From a virus (Duplodnaviria; Heunggongvirae; Uroviricota; Caudoviricetes): a stretch of DNA of 11,145 bases. The stretch lies in the IMG/VR virus record IMGVR_UViG_2802429224_000014; one strand, given 5' to 3'. A program made the translations under genes and the position numbers. A model generated the notes under the pieces. It ran no database searches, was not told the DNA's origin, and saw nothing but the letters and a program-made list of their open reading frames with translations. Positions 1 to 5,899 of the stretch are shown here, in pieces; position 1 is the stretch's first letter; every line of letters starts with the position of its first letter.

Positions 1-537
1 TTACTCGTCCAGCAGCACCACTTTGCCGATATACGGCAGATGACGGTAACGCTGTGCGTAATCGATGCCGTAGCCAACCACAAACTCATCCGGAATAGAG
101 AAACCGATAAATTCTACCGGTACGTTCACTTCACGGCGAGACGGTTTATCCAGCAGCGTACAAATCGCCAACGATTTCGGTTCGCGCAGGCTTAAGATTT
201 CACGCACTTTCGACAGTGTATTACCCGAGTCGATGATATCTTCAACAATCAGCACATCCTTGCCGCGGATATCTTCATCCAGATCTTTGAGGATTTTCAC
301 ATCACGGGTGGTGGACATGCCGCTACCGTAGCTGGAGGCGGTCATAAAATCGACTTCATGAGATACCTGAACTTCACGGCACAGGTCCGCCATAAACATA
401 AATGAGCCACGCAGCAGGCCTACCAGCACCATATCGCTGCCGCTGTCTTTGTAACGCTCAGTAATCTGACGACCCAGTTCAGCGATACGCGCTTTAATCT
501 CCGCTTCGGGGATCATTACTTCTACAATATGTTTCAT
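1..537 (-). CDS. hpt: hypoxanthine phosphoribosyltransferase
   Basis: Complete 178-aa ORF (ATG at 537..535, TAA at 3..1). The translation is essentially identical over its full length to E. coli Hpt as I recall it, including the PRPP-binding motif [13 protein letters not shown]. Confidence 0.96.
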   Translation of the reverse strand: MKHIVEVMIPEAEIKARIAELGRQITERYKDSGSDMVLVGLLRGSFMFMADLCREVQVSHEVDFMTASSYGSGMSTTRDVKILKDLDEDIRGKDVLIVEDIIDSGNTLSKVREILSLREPKSLAICTLLDKPSRREVNVPVEFIGFSIPDEFVVGYGIDYAQRYRHLPYIGKVVLLDE

Positions 538-1117
538 GATTCACATAACCCACTGATTTTTGTCAGTTAAAAACAAATTTACACGTAGCAATTTATCAAA
601 AGTGATACACCGAATGATATACGGATCGATACACAGCGCCACAATCTCAAAAAAGCACCAGCACAATTAGAAGGCCGCGAGTATACAACATCAGAAACAG
701 GAGAGGGCAAAGCACGTAATAATTTTCGTTTTTCACAAACGCAAAAATTTGGCGAGGCTGGCGGTCCCGGCAACATGAAGCTACATAGATTTTGATCCCC
801 TGCATGGTGATGATGCCCATACAGGGCTATTTCATTTCAACGGAACCGGTATGACGAACATGATCGCACCTTCTCCCGAAAACGGTGCGACCTCCATAGA
901 GGAAATGCCTATTCAGATCCCCGGTGATTTTCACCATTCAGAATCTGGAGGGTGAGTTTTCCTGTTTTCCCCAATGGGGGATTCTGGAACAATCAACGGG
1001 TTACGCCTTACCAGCAAAAAAGCACATCAACTGTAACGGAAATCGTTATGGCTGCTGGTGGGCCAAATCATCATTACGGTGATGCAGCTATGTAGACGTT
1101 CCGGTCTCCTCAAATCG

Positions 1118-1320
1118 AGGTTTCCGAAAATATCAGTGAGTTAGCGATTAAGCTGGCGAGTAATTAAACTACGAAAATTTCGTAGTTTGTGACTATCTGA
1201 AAGATAGTCGGTTGATCCGGCCTCAGCCGTTGGCTGTTCCCGAAAATATCAACGGGTTAGGCTGGTTTCCCCGATGTTCGCCGCTGGCGAATTTCGAAAA
1301 TATCAACCAGTTACCGCCGT
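1118..1320 (+). repeat. three direct repeats with core CGAAAATATCA (at about 1125, 1243 and 1296), with two short palindromes between them (ACTACGAAA-A-TTTCGTAGT at 1169..1187; GACTATC-TGAAA-GATAGTC at 1191..1209)
   Basis: Read directly: gtttCCGAAAATATCAgtgagTTAgc / gttcCCGAAAATATCAacgggTTAgg / aattTCGAAAATATCAaccagTTAcc. Function unknown; the third copy overlaps the 3' end of the 1311..1595 ORF. Confidence 0.6.
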
Positions 1321-1595
1321 AACCGTTCCGGTTTCTTCCAGTGGTAAGTATTTTTCGCGCTCTCCCTCCGTTGCTGAGAACGGCGACGACATGCCAGCAA
1401 CTCGAGAACTCTGGTTCGTATGTTGCGCATATCCACGCCGTTAAGCTCGATACCGTCACGGCGCATCACCTCAGCCACTACACGCGCGTAATTTTCGGCT
1501 ACCACGCTGTCCGGCTGCATGGCCTCCTGTTTGCCTGCTGGCGGTCTGATTCCGGCAATCTGGCGAATCATTTTGAGCATTTCGGCTTCGGTCAT
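1311..1595 (-). CDS. hypothetical protein, about 94 aa, start chosen at the second ATG
   Basis: Minus-strand ORF; GGAGG lies 8 nt upstream of the ATG at 1595 (the ATG at 1601 has only a 2-nt spacer). No recognisable motifs. Sits just beyond the cosQ side of cos-A. Confidence 0.4.
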   Translation of the reverse strand: MTEAEMLKMIRQIAGIRPPAGKQEAMQPDSVVAENYARVVAEVMRRDGIELNGVDMRNIRTRVLELLACRRRSQQRRESAKNTYHWKKPERLRR

Positions 1596-1626
1596 TGTCA
1601 TGGCCTCCGTGGTGATGGAAAACAAT

Positions 1627-1845
1627 GCCGTAATTGTGGCGGGTCCTTCCTGGAAAATGAAATACCGGGGGTAGCCATACGCGCAATTCTTAACTGTTTA
1701 TGAAAATTTTTCGGGAAAAGTCAGATCCGTTCTTCTTCTCTGTAACTCATTGTTTAATGGTAAAATCATCAAAAAAAGAAAGGATCTGACAGTGGTCATT
1801 TTGGGCCAAAAATGACGTTATCAGATCCTTTCTCAGTTTTGTTCA
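1627..1845 (+). other. cos-A: lambda-like cohesive-end site in plus orientation (cosQ-like 1638..1653, cosN-like about 1664..1686, cosB with R3-like 1721..1738, IHF-like AT-rich segment 1743..1770, inverted R2-like 1777..1792, R1-like 1821..1836)
   Basis: By eye the sequence follows the lambda cos junction as I remember it: GCGGGTCCTTCCTGG (lambda CGGGTCCTTTCCGG), a GC-rich cosN-like core ACCGGGGGTAGCCATACGCGC, TTTATGAAAATTTTTCGG (lambda TTTATGAAAATTTTCCGG), CCGTTCTTCTTC (present in lambda R3), then GAAAGGATCTGACAG and TCAGATCCTTTCTC (lambda GAAAGGAAACGACAGG and CTGTCGTTTCCTTTCTC). R-site consensus here is TCAGATCC(T/G)TTCT in a direct, inverted, direct arrangement. Confidence 0.7.
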
Positions 1846-1860
1846 ATAATTGCGCGGCTG

Positions 1861-2445
1861 TCACTCACCTTTCTGTTGCCGTAATTTCTCCGGCACGTTT
1901 CCGGTTGTTTCCATCAGGTAGTCCTTCAGAATGCGGGGCAGGTTATCGGCAGTTTTAGCGCACGCATTACAGACGCGTGCTGTTTCTTTCCTCAGGCCCT
2001 CGATCATTGCCGGAGTCATCGCGGGGAACTGCCTTTGCATTGTGAGCGGTAAACTATCCATGATCGAAGAAATCTGGCGCGCCAGACCACGAAGCGCATA
2101 GAGAACGAACTCAGTATCTGTAACTTCCCCCGTCTCTCTGGCGTTCTTCAGTTCCTGCCCGTCCGCCTGTGCTTTGGTAAGACGGTAGCGTTCGTACTCT
2201 GTTGTGCCTGGCTGTAAATCTGATTCACCAGCAGCACGTAAATCATCAAGCTCCCTGCGGAGTTTTTCGTTTTCGATGTCCTTCTCCCTCTGTGCATACC
2301 ATTCGATCACCTGTGCAGAGTCGAAAGTCACTTCCACACCTTTACCCCCACCAGATACATGGGGAAGCCCTTGCGTTTGCCATCGTTCAATCGTGCGCGG
2401 ATCGACGCCAAAAATCTTCGCAATATTATTTTTATTAACATTCAT
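1861..2445 (-). CDS. terminase small subunit, lambda Nu1-like
   Basis: 194-aa ORF with AAGGAA RBS 7 nt upstream of the ATG at 2445. The N-terminal half aligns by eye with lambda Nu1 (MNVNKNNIAKIFGVDPRTIERWQTQGLPHVSGGGKGVEVTFDSAQVIEWY...IENEKLRREL...DLQPGTTEYERYRLTKAQADGQELKNAR versus lambda MEVNKKQLADIFGASIRTIQNWQEQGMPVLRGGGKGNEVLYDSAAVIKWY...). Confidence 0.9.
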   Translation of the reverse strand: MNVNKNNIAKIFGVDPRTIERWQTQGLPHVSGGGKGVEVTFDSAQVIEWYAQREKDIENEKLRRELDDLRAAGESDLQPGTTEYERYRLTKAQADGQELKNARETGEVTDTEFVLYALRGLARQISSIMDSLPLTMQRQFPAMTPAMIEGLRKETARVCNACAKTADNLPRILKDYLMETTGNVPEKLRQQKGE

Positions 2446-2459
2446 CTATCAATTCCTTA

Positions 2460-2668
2460 TCAAAAACCAGTTCCGACATGAAACGCCAAAAAAACAGGAT
2501 TTTTGGGCTTTATGATGTCGTATGTTTCTGGTGGTTGATTTTAATAAAAACAAACAGTTATGCGCGAGAAGTACCGACATGCTTTTTCCTGAAAAATTTT
2601 CATAAACAGTTAAGAATTGCGCGTACACGTACCCCCGGTGTTTCAGATTCCGGAAAGGACCCGTGAAA
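2460..2668 (-). other. cos-B: second lambda-like cos site, in minus orientation, immediately upstream of the Nu1-like gene (cosQ-like 2651..2664, cosN-like about 2620..2642, R3-like 2565..2582, R2-like about 2513..2527, R1-like 2467..2482)
   Basis: The reverse complement reads CGGGTCCTTTCCGG (identical to the lambda cosQ-proximal motif), ACACCGGGGGTACGTGTACGCGC, TTTATGAAAATTTTTCAGG, then GCATGTCGGTACTTCTCG, CATAACTGTTTGTTTTTATTAAAATCAACC (lambda CATAACTTAATGTTTTTATTTAAAATACC), GAAACATACGACATCAT and TTCATGTCGGAACTGG. The cosQ/cosN part is about 85% identical to cos-A with a 35-bp perfect core at 2591..2625 matching 1677..1711 inverted; the R-site consensus differs (CATGTCGGxAC). Confidence 0.7.
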
Positions 2669-2696
2669 ATTGGGGTGATCACCACCGTTCCGGACA

Positions 2697-2729
2697 CAAA
2701 AAAATCGCGAGGCCTTGCCAACCTCGCGA
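2697..2729 (-). terminator. rho-independent terminator between the capsid operon and cos-B/TerS
   Basis: On the minus strand, TCGCGAGG-ttggcaagg-CCTCGCGA hairpin (8-bp stem) followed by TTTTTTTGTGT, 14 nt after the stop of the 141-aa ORF. Confidence 0.6.
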
Positions 2730-2742
2730 ACGTTCATTTCAG

Positions 2743-3168
2743 TTACTTAACAGACAGCAACAGCTTTTCATCTTCGGTCAGTCCGGCGTTACCATCACCG
2801 GCTGCTGGCCCAACACATTTCGGGCTGTGCTTTTCCATGTACGCATCAAACAAAAAAGCCGTTTTCTTTTCCTGCATCATTGCCTGGGCATCCACAGTAG
2901 CCAATAACGTTTGTGCATAGGTTACTGTCATTGCTTCAGAATCACACTCAATCAGCTTACTGGTGAACTCAGGGTATTTTGATGCCAGCGGTAAAGCCTT
3001 GATACCCTCTATGCGCTGTTTATCACTCTCAGCCTTTGCAGTAAGCACCGTTCGGGCTTCTGTCAGTGATGCGCCATTATTCGCGAGATTTTCCGCAAGC
3101 GTCTGGTATTTCTGCGCTTCAGGCAGTGCCATGATCAATGCTCTGGTTGAATTTGCTTTCTCAGTCAT
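2743..3168 (-). CDS. hypothetical head-associated protein, 141 aa (possible scaffold or packaging-accessory role; unassigned)
   Basis: ORF in the capsid operon directly downstream of the gpD-like gene, with a 14-bp gap. No confident similarity recognised; position relative to E/D parallels lambda FI but the sequence does not obviously match. Confidence 0.55.
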   Translation of the reverse strand: MTEKANSTRALIMALPEAQKYQTLAENLANNGASLTEARTVLTAKAESDKQRIEGIKALPLASKYPEFTSKLIECDSEAMTVTYAQTLLATVDAQAMMQEKKTAFLFDAYMEKHSPKCVGPAAGDGNAGLTEDEKLLLSVK

Positions 3169-3182
3169 AAATCACCACAAAA

Positions 3183-3512
3183 TTATTGCCCTAAAGGCTG
3201 TACGGAAATACCGGAACCAACAAAAGCCGACACTTTTTTCTCGAACGTGTCCGCTGTATCAGGCCAGTTAATTTCATCGATATTAAAAACCCCGCACTTA
3301 TAAACCTGTGCGCGGTTTTTTGTGGCCGTGTTAATGTCCGATATGGTCAGATACACCGCCTTACCGGGTGTACCGTCCCACTCAACCATCAGGCCTGCGC
3401 CGTTCTGCATCAGCGGAGTTCTCGCTTTAATTTCTCCGGCACTGGCAAAACAGGCCAGCGTGCTGACCAGTTCCTGCGTGCCGGAAAGTAATTGCGTGTA
3501 AGGTGTTGGCAT
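3183..3512 (-). CDS. head decoration protein, lambda gpD-like
   Basis: 109-aa ORF with AAGGGGA RBS. Shares the gpD pattern by eye: TPLM...WDGT...YKxGxF...WP...AFxGxxIS (lambda ...[21 protein letters not shown]...[36 protein letters not shown]). Confidence 0.85.
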   Translation of the reverse strand: MPTPYTQLLSGTQELVSTLACFASAGEIKARTPLMQNGAGLMVEWDGTPGKAVYLTISDINTATKNRAQVYKCGVFNIDEINWPDTADTFEKKVSAFVGSGISVQPLGQ

Positions 3513-3522
3513 ACGATCCCCT

Positions 3523-4578
3523 TTATTTCACTTCGACGGTAACAAAGCGACCAATATCCACGGGTACTGGCTGCGGGGCGCTGTGCGTCTGCACGTATTC
3601 AATCGCCGGATCGCCCGGTACGATATAATTTTTCGGGTAGTACATCCCCTCAGAAAATCCCTCGCGTGCCGCGTCCTGATCCATGATGGCACCATAAGCA
3701 ACAAGGCCTTTATTTTCGGTATTGCCGAAAACCATCATGTTTTGTTTCAGGAAATATTGCTGCTGCCCGTTTTCGTCGTCATAACGACCGGAATAAACCA
3801 CGAGCGCCACATCACCGAGATACCCCTTGAAGCTGACAACGCCGCCCAAATCTTTTAGCGCAAGTTCAAGTGACGAGTTTGAACCGCGACGCGTGTCCAG
3901 GAGTTCGCGGAATCGACGGAACGAGCGCAAAATACGCCAGGCTTCGCCACCCATGACGATAATATTTACCGTACCTTCGGAAAAATCAGCGTAAGCCTCA
4001 ATGTCGCTTATCGGATCAAACGTTTCGGCATCCTGTTTTGACCATTCTTTCCCGCCAGCCTGCGTAATATGATTGGTTGCGGGTAATCCCCAGTCAATTT
4101 CATAACGCTCAATGCCTTCGCCCTCAATAACGTTACGGCCTGTTGTGATGGCATTGACCGCCAGCCATTCAACACGCGCTTTGATGGCTGCAAGCTGTTT
4201 TTTCTGGCTGTCGTGAACCATTTTTACGCGGCGTAGTGCCGGGGAAGACTGACCATTGCCGATCTGTTCTCCAGCCATGCGCATGATTGTTTTAGTGGGA
4301 TCAATAACGTGTTTGGGCTTCATATAACCCGGCGTGAAAGTGTTCGTTGTAAAACCTTTGTCACGCATAACCTGACTGCCTGACATTGGTGAACAAAACG
4401 GACTCATGACCACGTTTTCAATGTCCAGCGTATCAAGCGCAATATCTCGCGTACTGAACGTGGCGATATTCGGAAAAAACAGCGTCGTAAAGAGCGGATT
4501 AAATTTAAATTCCGGCACATCTTCGCGCCCGATATTTTTCAGTAGCGTTGGTGTGCTTACCAGTTGCAGCGCTGTCAT
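3523..4578 (-). CDS. major capsid protein, lambda gpE-like
   Basis: 351-aa ORF, start overlapping the upstream stop (ATGA). Conserved gpE blocks recognisable by eye: FKFNPLF..LFF, FTPGYMKPKH, ITQAGGKEWSK, DIEAYA, VNIIV, LDTRRGSNSSLE..LKDLG..VSFKGYLGDVALVVYSGRY, YPKN, GDPA, SAP. Confidence 0.93.
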   Translation of the reverse strand: MTALQLVSTPTLLKNIGREDVPEFKFNPLFTTLFFPNIATFSTRDIALDTLDIENVVMSPFCSPMSGSQVMRDKGFTTNTFTPGYMKPKHVIDPTKTIMRMAGEQIGNGQSSPALRRVKMVHDSQKKQLAAIKARVEWLAVNAITTGRNVIEGEGIERYEIDWGLPATNHITQAGGKEWSKQDAETFDPISDIEAYADFSEGTVNIIVMGGEAWRILRSFRRFRELLDTRRGSNSSLELALKDLGGVVSFKGYLGDVALVVYSGRYDDENGQQQYFLKQNMMVFGNTENKGLVAYGAIMDQDAAREGFSEGMYYPKNYIVPGDPAIEYVQTHSAPQPVPVDIGRFVTVEVK

Positions 4579-4784
4579 TGCTCACCCCCATGAGGCTGAT
4601 TCATGCCAAGCGCAGCGCGTAAATGGCTGCGTACCATCCAGCCGACTGACGGCTTCACCAGGCACAACGGATCAAGGCCGACTTTTTTTCCTGCCTCTGC
4701 GTTCTCCTCAAAGCGCGCATTAAGTGCGGCGATAATATCGGGGCTGATGTACACGGATACACCGCCCGGCTTCTGTGTTCCCAT
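4575..4784 (-). CDS. hypothetical protein, 69 aa, first gene of the capsid operon
   Basis: The ATG at 4784 is preceded by AAGAGGAA at 8 nt; the longer track ORF from 4850 lacks an RBS. Translationally coupled to the capsid gene. No motif recognised. Confidence 0.5.
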   Translation of the reverse strand: MGTQKPGGVSVYISPDIIAALNARFEENAEAGKKVGLDPLCLVKPSVGWMVRSHLRAALGMNQPHGGEQ

Positions 4785-4833
4785 AAATGAGATTCCTCTT
4801 TGACTAAAAAACAAACATAACGAAAAGTCAGTC

Positions 4834-4866
4834 ATGATTTTAATCATCATTGCATTTTTTGCAATG
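4834..4866 (-). promoter_or_regulatory. candidate sigma70 promoter for the capsid operon, overlapped by two palindromes
   Basis: Minus strand: -35 TTGCAA (4864..4859), 16-bp spacer, -10 TAAAAT (4842..4837), about 45 nt upstream of the 69-aa ORF. Overlapping inverted repeats CATTGCA-ttttt-TGCAATG (4848..4866) and ATGATT-tt-AATCAT (4834..4847). Confidence 0.4.
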
Positions 4867-4947
4867 CAATTGACTGTTGTTGCAAATCATGAAATTATCA
4901 CGCCGTGGTTTTATCACCCCAAACCGCATTAATGGTCATTGCATGAA

Positions 4948-4981
4948 ATCCCCCGGAACCTCATCCCGGGGGATTTTTTTT
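4948..4981 (+). terminator. rho-independent terminator on the plus strand
   Basis: ATCCCCCGG-aacctcatc-CCGGGGGAT hairpin (9-bp stem) followed by T8. No plus-strand gene lies upstream; see findings for a candidate short plus-strand transcript. Confidence 0.55.
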
Positions 4982-4984
4982 GCG

Positions 4985-5012
4985 CACAAAAAAACCGGGA
5001 AAAATCCCGGCT
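4985..5012 (-). terminator. rho-independent terminator after the SSB-like gene
   Basis: On the minus strand, CCGGGA-tttt-TCCCGG hairpin followed by TTTTTTTGTG, about 16 nt after the SSB-like stop codon. Confidence 0.6.
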
Positions 5013-5027
5013 TCTGTCACTCGTTGC

Positions 5028-5450
5028 TTAAAACGGTATGTTATCCCCGTACGGATCATCATTTCCCGCCTGTTGTTTTGCCCTGTTCAGTGCGTCAGTA
5101 GCCTGGCCCTGCTGGCCTTTTTTGCCGCCCGGTCGCGCCGTTCGCGCACTGATTACACTGTCTGCGATAACCTGCCAGCCCTGCCGCGTTTCGCCGTTCT
5201 GGCCTGTCCACTGGCTTACCTGCATGTTACCCGCCACGCTCACCAGTTCGCCTTTGTGGTGCCTGGCCAGTGCGTCGGCCTGTCTGCCAAACGCCAGGAC
5301 GGATAACCACATCGTCGCCGTTCCGTCATCGGCCTGGCTGCACGGCAGGGGAACCGCCATACTCGCCATCGCCATTTGTGTCCCTTTGCTGGTGGTCTTT
5401 AACTGCGGGTCAGCCACCAGCCGCCCGTAAGCCGCTATCTGTGCTGTCAT
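5028..5450 (-). CDS. single-stranded DNA-binding protein, short SSB-like
   Basis: 140-aa ORF with GGAGAG RBS, ending in DDPYGDNIPF, which resembles the acidic SSB C-terminal tip (E. coli SSB ends DDDIPF). The preceding Gly/Gln-rich linker and N-terminal region are consistent with an OB fold. Confidence 0.75.
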   Translation of the reverse strand: MTAQIAAYGRLVADPQLKTTSKGTQMAMASMAVPLPCSQADDGTATMWLSVLAFGRQADALARHHKGELVSVAGNMQVSQWTGQNGETRQGWQVIADSVISARTARPGGKKGQQGQATDALNRAKQQAGNDDPYGDNIPF

Positions 5451-5698
5451 GCTGTCTGCTCTCCGGTTTTAACGTTGATGGTTGTCACCTGTTCCGCTTC
5501 GGCAATCTCCCGTTCTGTCAGCGTGGCAAAGTTTGCCGCCGCCGTGGTCATGAATGCGCTTATCAGTTCGGGATGTGCTTTCGCGTATCCTTCTCCGGCA
5601 TGGCGGTCTATTGTTCTGATTGCCACCTTTAAGGCGTGCTCTGTCATGTCTAATGCGCGATATTTTGGCGCTGTCTTATCTCTGGTTTTTCTGGTCAT
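5447..5698 (-). CDS. hypothetical protein, 83 aa
   Basis: ORF whose stop overlaps the SSB-like start; RBS spacing at the first ATG is poor (GAGGA 1 nt before ATG), so the start is uncertain. No motif recognised. Confidence 0.45.
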   Translation of the reverse strand: MTRKTRDKTAPKYRALDMTEHALKVAIRTIDRHAGEGYAKAHPELISAFMTTAAANFATLTEREIAEAEQVTTINVKTGEQTA

Positions 5699-5699
5699 T

Positions 5700-5898
5700 C
5701 CTCACTACCACTCACTTTTATTACTCACTTTTTAAACCTACTCACTTCGCCTCACTTGAGATTAATTGTTTTCGTATCTGTATGTTTCATAAATATTTTT
5801 TCACCGCTCACTTTTTTGGGTGTATACAGGTGAGAAAGTGAGTAATTGTGTTAATTATTTGTAAAATTCTCACTATCACTCACTTTTACTCCTCACTT
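5700..5898. repeat. iteron array (at least 10 copies of CTCACT(TTT), some inverted) around an AT-rich core; putative replication origin
   Basis: Read directly: ctcactaccactcacttttattactcactttttaaacctactcacttcgcctcacttgag ... AT-rich 5761..5800 ... gctcactttttt ... gtgagaaagtgagtaa (inverted) ... ctcactatcactcacttttactcctcactttt. Lies immediately downstream of the primase/ATPase gene. Confidence 0.6.
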
Positions 5899-5899
5899 T

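Noticed and set aside
579-776. 65-aa minus-strand ORF in the region upstream of hpt
   Set aside because: No RBS, Cys/Pro-rich translation, located in what is probably the hpt promoter region.
1627-2668. Inverted repeats flanking the TerS gene as an invertible (phase-variable) DNA segment
   Set aside because: The repeats extend into full cos architectures with different R sites, no invertase gene is present, and inversion would have no obvious product switch. Dual cos sites explain the pattern better.
1471-2907. Track ORFs 1471..1686 (minus) and 2617..2907 (plus) with near-identical N-termini (MRVWLPPVFHFPGRTR / MRVHVPPVFQIPERTR), suggesting a duplicated small protein
   Set aside because: The similarity is a by-product of translating the two inverted cos sites (cosN/cosQ DNA about 85% identical). 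Both are arginine-rich low-complexity translations and overlap better-supported genes.
4877-5306. Plus-strand ORFs 4877..5101 and 4980..5306 near the module boundary
   Set aside because: They run through both terminator hairpins and antisense into the SSB-like gene; any real plus-strand product here is more likely a short non-coding transcript.
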